Shown here: in pieces, positions 28,475 through 37,729 of the stretch
How positions within the stretch are numbered: position 1 is the stretch's first letter
How the letters are laid out: each line of letters begins with the position of its first letter
The notes under the pieces: generated by a model
What the model was told of the DNA's origin: nothing
Seen by the model: only the letters and a program-made list of their open reading frames with translations
Databases searched by the model: none
Program-made: the position numbers and the translations under genes
NCBI GenBank assembly: GCA_017617335.1
Contig: JAFZWK010000034.1
Coordinates: 6,774-70,773 of the forward strand
Origin: Bacteroidaceae bacterium
GTDB lineage: Bacteria; Bacteroidota; Bacteroidia; Bacteroidales; Bacteroidaceae
Direction: 5' to 3'
DNA: 64,000 nucleotides

Positions 28475-29794
28475 ATGAAGAGAATCTGTATATTCATACT
28501 GGCTGCCCTTAGTGGCGCCAGTATGTTTTTTGCCCAGGAAAAAAAGGACTGGTCACAAGCCCGTCAGGATATTCACGAGAACATCTTGATGTCGGGCAGT
28601 AACTTCAAGTCTTACGTGACTCCCACAGAGAAGCTAACTCGCAGCCCCAAAGGATATGAGCCTTTTTACATCAGCACCTATGCACGTCACGGAAGCCGTT
28701 GGCTATGCAGCGATAACGAATACACCGATGCAATGGGTATCCTGGAACGTGCTCACGAGAAAGGCAATCTGACGGAACGCGGTGAGCTGCTACGCGAACA
28801 ACTTAACCAAATTCACGAGACAGCCATCAACCGCATCGGCGATCTAACACCTTTGGGTGAAAAGCAACATCACGGCATCGGTAAACGCATGTGCCGGAAC
28901 TTCCCTGAAATCTTCGGAGCCAAGAACTGCCAAGTGGATGCCACCAGTAGTGTTGTGATACGATGCATTCTCTCTATGGTGGCTGAATGCGAGGAGATAA
29001 CGGCCTACAATCCTAAGGTCGCTATGCACAATGAATCGAGTCAAAAGTTCATGTACTACATTTCAGGTCCTCGCGAACAACGTATTAAAGACAGCAACAA
29101 TGAACGTTACTCTCGTCTGCGCACCAATTACAAGCAAAAGATGACCGTATGGCCACGCTTTTGGGCTGAAATCATGAAGGATACCACATATCGTGACGAG
29201 AAGTTCAAGGACCCAGGTAGCCTAATGCGCCGTGTGTTCGACATCTGCCGCAACATGCAAAGCCATGAGGGGATGGAGATTGATAAAATCAATCTTTGGG
29301 ACCTCTTCACCGAAGATGAAGTGTATGGTCAATGGTATTATCGAAACATCAACAATTACATAGGTTTATCGAGCGGATTAGCCCCCTTCTTCATGAAGAG
29401 CCTGCTGGAAAACTTCCTCAATACGGCAGATACTATCGTCAATAGCAAGACATATCGTGGTGCCACATTGCGCTTTGGTCACGAAGTTTGCCTGATGCCT
29501 CTGGCTGCTTTGATGGAATTGGATCACACCTATCCCGAGATTGCTGTAGAGGATGTGGACACTCTGGATCGGGTATGGTCAGACACCCGTATCTTCCCGA
29601 TGGCAAGCAATGTGCAGCTCATCTTCTACCGTCCCAAGAAGAAGAAAAAGAATGGTGACATTCTCGTGAAGGCAATGCTCAACGAGCATGAGGTAAGCAT
29701 GCCTGCCCAGACAGATAACTTCCCATATTACAAATGGACTGATCTGGAGGCATACTATCGGAAGAAGATTGCAGATTACGATAACGGAAAATGA
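28475..29794 (+). CDS. histidine acid phosphatase family protein (branch 2), secreted
   Basis: Signal peptide, catalytic RHGSRW (RHGxRxP-type) motif, and a downstream GHE proton-donor-like motif. It starts 14 nt after mmdB. Confidence 0.75.
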   Translation: MKRICIFILAALSGASMFFAQEKKDWSQARQDIHENILMSGSNFKSYVTPTEKLTRSPKGYEPFYISTYARHGSRWLCSDNEYTDAMGILERAHEKGNLTERGELLREQLNQIHETAINRIGDLTPLGEKQHHGIGKRMCRNFPEIFGAKNCQVDATSSVVIRCILSMVAECEEITAYNPKVAMHNESSQKFMYYISGPREQRIKDSNNERYSRLRTNYKQKMTVWPRFWAEIMKDTTYRDEKFKDPGSLMRRVFDICRNMQSHEGMEIDKINLWDLFTEDEVYGQWYYRNINNYIGLSSGLAPFFMKSLLENFLNTADTIVNSKTYRGATLRFGHEVCLMPLAALMELDHTYPEIAVEDVDTLDRVWSDTRIFPMASNVQLIFYRPKKKKKNGDILVKAMLNEHEVSMPAQTDNFPYYKWTDLEAYYRKKIADYDNGK

Positions 29795-31023
29795 CACCTG
29801 TCACTCTTTGGGAACTTAACAATATTATCAAAGATGTCATTGAGAACAACCTTGATGACACCTATTGGGTGATGGGAGAACTCGCTGAGGCAAGACAGGC
29901 AAGCAACGGGCATTTTTATGGGGAACTTATCCAGAAAGACGAGAGTGGACGCAACGTTATTGCCCGTGCAAGGGTGAATTGCTGGGCGCAGCAATACAAT
30001 CTAATCAGACTGAGGTTCCTGCATGAAACGGGACAAGAGATACGGGCAGGTTTGAAAGTCTTGCTGGAAGTGCAGGTCACTTTCCACGAACAGTATGGCT
30101 ATGCACTGAAAATCACAGATGTCGATTCCAGTTATACGATGGGGGATTTGGCTCGACGTCGCAAAGAGATTCTGGCTAAACTGGAAGAAGAAGGAATTCT
30201 GCATGATAACCAGACTCTCCCCATGCATAGGTTGACTTGGCGAATAGCTATTGTCAGCGCTGAGACTGCTGCAGGATACGGAGACTTTTGCGACCAGTTA
30301 CTTCACAACGAATATGACCTCCGTTTCCGGATTCAATTGTTTCCAGCCACCATGCAGGGACAACATGTGGAGGAGAGCGTTTCAACCGCACTCTGCCAGA
30401 TTGCGAACGAGGAGGAGAAATGGGACGCTGTAGTGATTATCCGAGGAGGTGGTGCTGTGGCCGACATGTCAGACTTCGATTCCTACCAATTGGCAAGTAT
30501 CGTTGCCCAGTTCCCTTTGCCTGTCATCGTAGGAATCGGACATGAGCGCGACGAGACGGTACTTGATTATGTAGCCCACCAGCGAGTGAAAACTCCTACT
30601 GCCGCCGCCGCATTCCTGATTGATCATCAATTGGAAGAACTCTCGCTACTTAACCATCTGCAGCAACGAGTATCACAATCAGCGAGCAACCTACTGAAGA
30701 ACGAACAAAATAGACTGGAGATGCTGAAGGAACAAATTCCCCTACTCTTCCGAACCGTTAGTCAACGGATTGGATATCGTTTGGACCTCCTTCAGCAAAG
30801 GCTACGTCAAAACGTAGAGCGAAGAATCCAAAACGAATCCCATCGGCTGAACCTCATCACGAGTCAAATGGAGAGTCTTAACCCTGACCGTCTTCTAAAG
30901 TTAGGATACAGTATCACCACTCATGAAGGAAAACTGGTGCGGAACCCCAATCAACTTCACCCTGGTGACCATATCACTACTCGTACAGAACATGGAGAAA
31001 TAAAATCAATCGTAGAAGCATGA
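29791..31023 (+). CDS. xseA: exodeoxyribonuclease VII large subunit
   Basis: OB-fold N-terminus (WVMGELAEARQASNGHFYGELI), IIRGGG and GIGHERD motifs, coiled-coil C-terminus. ATGA overlap with the upstream gene. Confidence 0.9.
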   Translation: MTPVTLWELNNIIKDVIENNLDDTYWVMGELAEARQASNGHFYGELIQKDESGRNVIARARVNCWAQQYNLIRLRFLHETGQEIRAGLKVLLEVQVTFHEQYGYALKITDVDSSYTMGDLARRRKEILAKLEEEGILHDNQTLPMHRLTWRIAIVSAETAAGYGDFCDQLLHNEYDLRFRIQLFPATMQGQHVEESVSTALCQIANEEEKWDAVVIIRGGGAVADMSDFDSYQLASIVAQFPLPVIVGIGHERDETVLDYVAHQRVKTPTAAAAFLIDHQLEELSLLNHLQQRVSQSASNLLKNEQNRLEMLKEQIPLLFRTVSQRIGYRLDLLQQRLRQNVERRIQNESHRLNLITSQMESLNPDRLLKLGYSITTHEGKLVRNPNQLHPGDHITTRTEHGEIKSIVEA

Positions 31024-31205
31024 AATACGAAGAAGCAATGGCTGAACTGGAGAAAATCAGCATCCAAATGGAGAACAATGAGCTAGGTATCGATCAACTG
31101 GCTGAAAAACTGAATCAGGCGAAAGAACTCATCAAATTCTGCCGCGCCCAACTTGTCAACATAGAACAGGAAATACAGAAAATCTTGTCTGATGAAGAAA
31201 AATAG
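31020..31205 (+). CDS. xseB: exodeoxyribonuclease VII small subunit
   Basis: 61-aa helical protein (YEEAMAELEKI...LEN..L.IDQL). ATGA-coupled to xseA. Confidence 0.85.
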   Translation: MKYEEAMAELEKISIQMENNELGIDQLAEKLNQAKELIKFCRAQLVNIEQEIQKILSDEEK

Positions 31206-31259
31206 CCTCAGACGAGACTAATTTTATTGTATTTTCACACAAGATTCAACAGAAAACTG

Positions 31260-31267
31260 TAACTTTG
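31260..31267 (+). promoter_or_regulatory. -7 promoter box for ilvE
   Basis: TAACTTTG, 43 nt upstream of the ATG at 31310. It overlaps the TTG start proposed by the ORF track, which argues against that start. Confidence 0.45.
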
Positions 31268-31309
31268 TCAATTGAATTGGTTAAGAATTATAATCAAAAG
31301 CATACTTAT

Positions 31310-32332
31310 ATGAGCGATATTGATTGGAGTAACCTCTCATTCGGTTACATGAAAACAGACTACAACGTACGCTGCTATTATCGCAACGGTGCATGGGGTG
31401 AGATAGAGGTTTGCAGCGAGGAAACCATTCCCATTCATATGGCAGCAACCTCCCTGCATTACGGGCAAGAAGCATTCGAGGGCCTGAAAGCTTATCGCTG
31501 TCCAGATGGCAAGGTTCGCATCTTCCGTCCTAACGAGAATGCAGCCCGCTTGCAAAGCACCTGTCGGGGCATCCTGATGCCTGAACTTCCCACAGAGAAA
31601 TTCATCGAGATGGTAGAGAAAGTGGTTCGTCTCAACGAGCGCTTCATCCCCCCATACGAAAGCGGAGCCACCCTGTATGTCCGTCCCCTGCTTATCGGAA
31701 CAAGTGCTCAGGTAGGCGTTCATCCTGCTTCAGAATACCTTTTCCTGATCTTTGTGACACCCGTAGGTCCTTACTTCAAAGGTGGATTCGCCACCAATCC
31801 CTACGTTATCATCCGAGAATACGACCGCAGCGCCCCCCTCGGAACAGGTATATATAAGGTAGGAGGAAACTACGCTGCTTCCCTGCGTGCCAACAAAATG
31901 GCCCACGATCTGGGCTACAGCTGCGAGTTCTATCTGGATGCCAAGGAGAAGAAATACATGGACGAGTGTGGAGCTGCCAACTTTTTTGGCATCAAGGGAA
32001 ACACCTATGTGACCCCAAAAAGCACATCCATCTTGCCCTCCATCACCAACAAAAGCCTGATGCAACTGGCTCAGGATCTCGGCATGAAAGTGGAACGCCG
32101 TCAGATTCCTGAGGAAGAGCTGGCAACCTTCGAGGAAGCAGGAGCCTGTGGTACAGCAGCCGTTATATCCCCCATCGAGCGTATCGATGACCTAGACACC
32201 AAGGTAAGCTACGTCATCAGCAAGGATGGCCAACCAGGCCCCATCTGTACGAAACTATACAACAAGCTGCGCAACATTCAGTACGGCATTGAACCTGATA
32301 CACATAACTGGACCAGAATCGTCATCGAATAG
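31310..32332 (+). CDS. ilvE: branched-chain amino acid aminotransferase
   Basis: Class IV aminotransferase motifs are present (HYGQEAFEGLKAY, YVRPLLIG, GGNYAASL, GACGTAAVISPI). The track start at 31265 is TTG inside the -7 promoter box; the ATG at 31310 gives a 340-aa protein. Confidence 0.9.
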   Translation: MSDIDWSNLSFGYMKTDYNVRCYYRNGAWGEIEVCSEETIPIHMAATSLHYGQEAFEGLKAYRCPDGKVRIFRPNENAARLQSTCRGILMPELPTEKFIEMVEKVVRLNERFIPPYESGATLYVRPLLIGTSAQVGVHPASEYLFLIFVTPVGPYFKGGFATNPYVIIREYDRSAPLGTGIYKVGGNYAASLRANKMAHDLGYSCEFYLDAKEKKYMDECGAANFFGIKGNTYVTPKSTSILPSITNKSLMQLAQDLGMKVERRQIPEEELATFEEAGACGTAAVISPIERIDDLDTKVSYVISKDGQPGPICTKLYNKLRNIQYGIEPDTHNWTRIVIE

Positions 32333-32361
32333 ACATCAGATCCAATCACGAATAAACGTTT

Positions 32362-32402
32362 GGGGATAAGTACCTGTGTGGTCGCTTATCCCCAATCTTT
32401 TT
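32362..32402 (+). terminator. rho-independent terminator of ilvE
   Basis: Stem GGGGATAAG (32362-32370) / CTTATCCCC (32385-32393), 14-nt loop, followed by AATCTTTTT. Confidence 0.6.
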
Positions 32403-32986
32403 GCAAATGAAACAAAAAACCCCTTGCAAGACTACCCAATTTTTGCTTTAATATAGTATAGCGATAATGACTAATACACAACGTATTGTGTATGCGGGAA
32501 GAAAGTGTTATCCTGGCAATTTCAACATGATGCCATGGCCGAGTGCAAGAGAAAGCAATCTTAAAAATCAGATAATGATAATGGCTGATTCTATGACTCC
32601 TGCACTGCCTAAAGTTCAGCGGCTCCAGCCTAGTTGAATTACGGGTGAAAAAATCCATGGTTAGAATGGAGAGAAAATCTACGGGATGAAAATTTAGCTG
32701 TTGTCCCAAATAAGAGAATTAACAAAAAGGCATTCATACAAAAGCTGGGGTAAGAAAAAATCCATTCAACGTTTTTCAGAGGCAAGACCAATTTATCTTT
32801 TTTTGAGAATTGCTGATGCCATTACGCCCAGATGGAGGCTGAAACATGAGGAAATGCACTTTACTTTGTTCCGGATGTCATGCACCCTCCTTTTTTCTCT
32901 TTTAGACTCAATCGTAAAGTTTGAAAGTACGTTTTTTAAAATTCATTATGGGGCGGAATGAATTGGACGAAGACAAACTGCTCTGT

Positions 32987-33649
32987 TTACGAGCCTTTCT
33001 GAGGAAGTTCCTTTTTCCGCTCTTCCCTATTGTGCCTCATTCCGAGTATGATATTTCTCGTATAGGTAATAAATCCTCCCAGTTGACTGAGAATCAAGAC
33101 GGGATCAAGTCGGATGCATGCATAGATGACGATGATACCTGAGCCGACCAGACTGATAATCCAGAATCCGATAGGAAGAATAGATTCACCTTGTCTCATC
33201 GAATAAATCCATTGATAAAGAAAACGAACGCTGAAGATGATTTGTCCCATCGAGCCGAATATGAGCAGCCAAAGAGGAATGTGACTATTGTGGAAGAAAT
33301 TCTGAGCGAAAAGTTCCGCTTCACTTGTCATCTTATATACAGCAACAAAGGGAAGAAGGAGAATCAGGGCACGTATCAAGATGGGCCAACGACTCCAAAT
33401 ACCCTTCAGGTCGAGATTCCAGATGTAGATGAAATAAGAAATGAATTGACCCAGAATGATGCTGAAATCTTCACGGAGCCATCCGTAAAGGAAGAAGAGA
33501 ATACTGCCTATCAGGCTGCAAAGCCAAAAGAAATCGGGCGAGACGATTCGTTTCTCTCGTTCCGACATAATCCATTGGACAAGCATCCGGCTAAAGAAGA
33601 ATAGTTGAGCCAGAAAACCCAGCGCAAAGATAGCCATCTCACTCCACAT
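32987..33649 (-). CDS. membrane protein with two lipid-A-disaccharide synthase N-terminal (LAB_N) domains
   Basis: There are two homologous halves (FGFLAQLFFFSRMLVQWIMSEREKRIV.P..FW and FGSMGQIIFSVRFLYQWIYSMRQGESILP..FW). The track start at 33658 is GTG; the ATG is at 33649. Confidence 0.7.
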   Translation of the reverse strand: MWSEMAIFALGFLAQLFFFSRMLVQWIMSEREKRIVSPDFFWLCSLIGSILFFLYGWLREDFSIILGQFISYFIYIWNLDLKGIWSRWPILIRALILLLPFVAVYKMTSEAELFAQNFFHNSHIPLWLLIFGSMGQIIFSVRFLYQWIYSMRQGESILPIGFWIISLVGSGIIVIYACIRLDPVLILSQLGGFITYTRNIILGMRHNREERKKELPQKGS

Positions 33650-33680
33650 TGTTGTCACTTATTGGATAACGTATGCGTTG

Positions 33681-33688
33681 CAAAAATA
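33681..33688 (-). promoter_or_regulatory. -7 promoter box for the LAB_N membrane protein gene
   Basis: Minus-strand TATTTTTG, 32 nt upstream of the ATG at 33649. Confidence 0.45.
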
Positions 33689-34001
33689 AAAACATTTTGC
33701 GAATAACACCACATTACATAATAAAAAGTATGCATTCTTGACAAAAAGTGAATACAATTCGTTATTAAAGGTTCTCAACATATAATTTATCGCATCGAAA
33801 AGGTGTCATTATAGGCTGAATGATTAATTTTTTTAAACTTTACGTCAAATTGTCACCACTTCAACAATTTCTCATGTGTCATTTTTTCCACATTTCATTT
33901 TGGCATAAGCGTTGCATATTATCAAGTGTAAACTGAAAGCTCGAAAGGACTGAAAAGGATACAAAAAAAATGAACGAAAAGTTTAACATTAAAACATAAT
34001 C

Positions 34002-34007
34002 AGGAGG
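34002..34007 (+). promoter_or_regulatory. Shine-Dalgarno-like AGGAGG upstream of hsp20
   Basis: AGGAGG with 8-nt spacing to the ATG at 34016 (CAGGAGGTAAGACTTATG). Confidence 0.5.
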
Positions 34008-34015
34008 TAAGACTT

Positions 34016-34447
34016 ATGATGTTAGCACGTAGAAACAACAGCGACAATTGGATGTCAAAACTATTTGGTGATTTCTTTGATGACGGTTGGATGCCACGTA
34101 TGGATTCTACAGCACCAGCAGTCAACGTGAAGGAGAACGAGAAAGCATACGAGATGGAGATTGCTGCTCCTGGTCTGAAGAAGGAGTTTTGCAGAATCAA
34201 CCTCGATGAAGAAGGGAACCTGAACGTCAAGATGGAACAGAAGTTCGAACATAAGAACGAAGACAAGAAGGAACATTATCTGCGCCGTGAGTTCAGCTAC
34301 AGCAACTACGAACAGAGTTATGTACTGCCCGATGACGTTGATAAGGAAAACATTTCAGCCAAGGTGACAGACGGCATATTGCATATCGAGTTGCCAAAGT
34401 TGGCACAAGTACAAAAGAAGGTTGAACAGAAGATTGAAATTTCTTGA
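34016..34447 (+). CDS. Hsp20/alpha-crystallin family small heat-shock protein
   Basis: 143 aa. The alpha-crystallin domain runs PAVNVKENEKAYEMEIAAPGLKKE...F.R.F.LPDDVD...I.A...DGIL.I.LPK. Confidence 0.9.
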   Translation: MMLARRNNSDNWMSKLFGDFFDDGWMPRMDSTAPAVNVKENEKAYEMEIAAPGLKKEFCRINLDEEGNLNVKMEQKFEHKNEDKKEHYLRREFSYSNYEQSYVLPDDVDKENISAKVTDGILHIELPKLAQVQKKVEQKIEIS

Positions 34448-34507
34448 TAAATTTCAAAAGAAATTTACATCATACGCATATTACATTGTTTTGACTTCCA
34501 TTCGCGT

Positions 34508-34547
34508 GAGGGGTAAATCCACATCGGATTTGCCCCTCATTCTTTTT
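34508..34547 (+). terminator. rho-independent terminator of hsp20 (abuts the stop of the convergent MATE gene)
   Basis: Stem GAGGGGTAAATCC (34508-34520) / GGATTTGCCCCTC (34526-34538) with one G-U pair, loop ACATC, followed by ATTCTTTTT. Confidence 0.7.
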
Positions 34548-35877
34548 GCCTCAACCTACCGTTTCTTTTCAGCCAGACATAAACAACAATACAAACCAAG
34601 ACGGAGACGAAAGAGCCGATGGGAGTCGCAGCGCCCATAGGATAGAGATTATCAGGATTTTGGATGGAAAACAGATAACAGAGAGGCACACGGAACAGAA
34701 TGCTCGACGTGTTGTGAATAAACGAAACGATGGAATATCCGTAAGCGCAGAAGAAACCACTAAAGCAGAAATGTATGCCTGCTATGCTCGTATCCCAGAT
34801 GTAGGAACGAATGTATTCCCCTCCCGACTTGATGACACCTGTATCGTTTGTGAAAAAAGCTATCACATCGTCTGCAAAGAATTGCATGATAACCGAAATC
34901 AGCAACCCATATGCCAACACGACAGCCATTGCGTTCCAAAGTGTCTGCTGAGCCCGCCAATACTTGCCCGCACCAATGTTTTGGGCACCTATCGCACTCA
35001 CGGCTGCGAGCATCGAGGAAGGTACCAAGAAAAGGGCTCCGATGAGTTTCTCCACGATTCCTACCGCTGCCGCATCCGTCAGTCCTCGCATATTGGCAAT
35101 CACCGTAATGATAATGAAAGCCACCTGAATGAATCCATCTTGCAACGCCACAGGGACGCCTATCTTCAGCAAAGCTCCCATCGCCTCCTGTCTGGGTCGC
35201 AAATCACTTCTCATCATATTAATTAATCGCCTACGACGAATCATCACGAGCGAGATAATAACGCTAAGTGTCTGTGCCAACGTGGTACCCAAAGCGGCAC
35301 CAGCAGCATCTAAATGGAGGAAACCAATGAAAAAGATGTCGAGGAGGATGTTTGCCACACAGGCAATGGCTATGAAGTACATGGGGCTCTTGGTGTCACC
35401 CAAACCGCGGAAAATGCTCGCTATGATGTTGTAAGCCACGATGAAGGGAATCCCCACGAAACAAATAGTCAGATAGCTTACTGTTCCCTCCAACGCCTCC
35501 GTGGGCGTTTCTATCAGATTAACGATTTCTCTCGTACCAGCCAGCAGAACGACCATCATAAAGGCAGAGAAGCACATGAAGAGCGTGATGGTGTTACCCA
35601 CCGCCAAAGAGGCTTTCTTCGTATTATTCGCACCAATTGCCTGCCCAACAACGACTGTACTGCCCATAGCTAAGCCGATGATGATGACAGTGAGCATGTG
35701 CATCACCTGTGAGCCAATGCTTACTGCCGTGATGCTTTCCACTCCGCAATACTGGCCAATGATAAATAAATCCGCCATTCCATACAGAACTTGCATGAAA
35801 TACGACAGAAGGTAAGGCAACGAGAAGTTGACAATATTGCGCATAATGCCACCTTCTGTCAAGTTGATGGACTCCAT
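34537..35877 (-). CDS. MATE family efflux transporter
   Basis: About 12 TM segments, with MATE N-terminal pattern GGIMRNIVNFSLPYLLSYFMQVLYGMADLFIIGQ. The ATG at 35877 gives 446 aa. An alternative ATG at 35931 overlaps the thioesterase stop (ATGA). Confidence 0.85.
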   Translation of the reverse strand: MESINLTEGGIMRNIVNFSLPYLLSYFMQVLYGMADLFIIGQYCGVESITAVSIGSQVMHMLTVIIIGLAMGSTVVVGQAIGANNTKKASLAVGNTITLFMCFSAFMMVVLLAGTREIVNLIETPTEALEGTVSYLTICFVGIPFIVAYNIIASIFRGLGDTKSPMYFIAIACVANILLDIFFIGFLHLDAAGAALGTTLAQTLSVIISLVMIRRRRLINMMRSDLRPRQEAMGALLKIGVPVALQDGFIQVAFIIITVIANMRGLTDAAAVGIVEKLIGALFLVPSSMLAAVSAIGAQNIGAGKYWRAQQTLWNAMAVVLAYGLLISVIMQFFADDVIAFFTNDTGVIKSGGEYIRSYIWDTSIAGIHFCFSGFFCAYGYSIVSFIHNTSSILFRVPLCYLFSIQNPDNLYPMGAATPIGSFVSVLVCIVVYVWLKRNGRLRQKE

Positions 35878-35927
35878 TTCTTTGCCGATATGATTTGACA
35901 ATAAATGTTCCCAAGAAGGGGTTAGAA

Positions 35928-36365
35928 TCATCGGACATCCCTCAGTTCGCGTCCCTCGAACTTATTCATTGCCTCTATCCATTCAGGCTTAATGACCAAT
36001 GTCTCGCGGTTCTCCAGATCAAAGAAGACGAGGACTGATTCACAGATACACTTCACTTCCTGTTTCTCTGGGTTCAAAACACGTTGCATCATGGTGAAAC
36101 TCTTGCGGCCAATGCGGGTCACAGCCGTCTCCACCACGACAGCCTCCTCTCGATGGATCTCGTGCTGAAAGGTAGCTTTGAGGTTTACAACCACTACCCC
36201 CGTTTTATCTATCTTTAGATTGGGAATCACGTGGTAGATGTATTCGCATTTTGCAGAATCGGAATAACTGAAGTAGACAGCATTGTTGACATGGCCGAAA
36301 CGGTCAAAGTCGGAGAATCTCAGCTGAATAGGCATCACAGCCCTGAATTTCTGGTTTTCATCCAT
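35928..36365 (-). CDS. acyl-CoA thioesterase (4HBT/YbgC-like hotdog fold)
   Basis: LRFSDFDRFGHVNNAVYFSY is the hotdog thioesterase active-site region. The ATG at 36365 gives 145 aa. The upstream part of the track ORF is untranslated leader. Confidence 0.8.
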   Translation of the reverse strand: MDENQKFRAVMPIQLRFSDFDRFGHVNNAVYFSYSDSAKCEYIYHVIPNLKIDKTGVVVVNLKATFQHEIHREEAVVVETAVTRIGRKSFTMMQRVLNPEKQEVKCICESVLVFFDLENRETLVIKPEWIEAMNKFEGRELRDVR

Positions 36366-36443
36366 TGTTTTGATAGATAATAAGTTATCGGCACATAGCC
36401 CAATCTTTTTACTTCGATGCAAAATAAGCAACGTGTGGCGCAA

Positions 36444-37544
36444 TCACTCCTTATCGAAAATCTCAGCCAACTTATCACGTAGCGTTTCGCCTCTCAACCC
36501 GTTGGCAATCACCTTCCCATCAGGCGAGAAGAGTATGGTGGCTGGTATAGAATGAATGGAATACTCTTTGGCTGCCGCACACCCCCACCCCTTCAGGTCG
36601 CTCATCTGCGGCCAGGGAAGTTGAAGGTCTGTAATACCCTTCATCCAGGCAGCCTTCGTTTGGTCGAACGAGACTCCAACAATCTCGAATCCCTTGTCTT
36701 TATACTTCTCGTAAAGAGCCTTCACGTTGGGCATTTCAGCTCGACAGGGCCCACACCACGATGCCCAGAAATCCACCAGCACATACTTTCCCTTGCCCAC
36801 CCAATCAGTCAGGTGGACTTCCTTTCCCTCAGGGTCCTGCATCACCAGTTCCGTCACCTGGGCGCCAGGATACTTTCGCGCCTCGTAAACCAATGCTTCA
36901 CGAATGGGCCGCAGACATTTCCTGCTGGCATAGGGATAATCTTCGAGGAAAGTCTGGATGAAGTCAAAACCTATCATGTCTGAATAACGCAACATATAGA
37001 GAATGGGGACGATGTTGTCGCGGTTTGACGTCAGGATGGAGCGAGGCGTGTTTTGCTTGTAGGCACTTATCTCCTCGTATTCCTTGCGCAGACGCTGGTT
37101 GATGGAGTCAGGCATATCCTTACCATATTTCTGCATCACGTTGCGAACTTCCTGCTCGAACTTCATTTCCCGTGGCACGAAGGCTTGGAAGTCAAGACGC
37201 GCCTGCTCGAATTTCTGATTCAGCGGCGAGGCTTTCTTGACCGTGTGCTGTCCGCCCTGCATCATGACCTCGAGCTCTCCATCAAGTGCATACCAACCTA
37301 AGGCACTCTTAACTGAAGGTTCCTTCGATACTACAGCGATGATGACACTATCGACAGTTCCAGCAAAATGGATGTCGCCCTGTGAGTTCGCTTCTGCGTT
37401 GGCAATCACCTTGTTGTTTTCCACATCCATCAGATAAGCCTTCATGCAATCAGGCACCTGACGGAGCAGAATGTCATACTTCGTTTGAGCAATGCTGCCC
37501 AGCGAGACGAAGAGTAGAAAAACGAGACAAGAAACTTTCTTCAT
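36444..37544 (-). CDS. TlpA/AhpC-family thiol:disulfide oxidoreductase (thioredoxin fold, secreted)
   Basis: WASWCGPCRAEMP CxxC motif. Signal peptide MKKVSCLVFLLFVSLGSIAQ starts at ATG 37544. The 41 N-terminal residues of the track ORF are read-through of repeat array D. Confidence 0.85.
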   Translation of the reverse strand: MKKVSCLVFLLFVSLGSIAQTKYDILLRQVPDCMKAYLMDVENNKVIANAEANSQGDIHFAGTVDSVIIAVVSKEPSVKSALGWYALDGELEVMMQGGQHTVKKASPLNQKFEQARLDFQAFVPREMKFEQEVRNVMQKYGKDMPDSINQRLRKEYEEISAYKQNTPRSILTSNRDNIVPILYMLRYSDMIGFDFIQTFLEDYPYASRKCLRPIREALVYEARKYPGAQVTELVMQDPEGKEVHLTDWVGKGKYVLVDFWASWCGPCRAEMPNVKALYEKYKDKGFEIVGVSFDQTKAAWMKGITDLQLPWPQMSDLKGWGCAAAKEYSIHSIPATILFSPDGKVIANGLRGETLRDKLAEIFDKE

Positions 37545-37575
37545 ATTCCTTTGAAATTCAGTTAATAAAAACTCC

Positions 37576-37685
37576 ACACGTTGAAACCACAAACACAACA
37601 CGTTGAAACTGCAAACACAACACGTTGAAACTGCAAACACAACACGTTGAAACCACAAACACAACACGTTGTCTTTTGGATAAGA
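37576..37685 (+). repeat. 22-bp-period tandem array D (5 units)
   Basis: Cores start at 37576, 37598, 37620, 37642 and 37664, all ACACGTTG. Units are ACACGTTGAAAC(C/T)(A/G)CAAACACA; the terminal unit is ACACGTTGTCTTTTGGATAAGA. It lies between the C69 peptidase stop (37730) and the tlpA-like ATG (37544). Confidence 0.9.
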
Positions 37686-37729
37686 ACAAGTGGCATGATT
37701 CGAACGTCTGCTTTAGATAGCAAAAAGGG

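Noticed and set aside
32386-32961. ORFs 32386..32709 (-, 107 aa) and 32701..32961 (+, 86 aa) in the ilvE-LAB_N gap
   Set aside because: They have improbable composition, a non-ATG or unsupported start, and no promoter box or motif. The region is reported as a non-coding gap of unknown nature instead.
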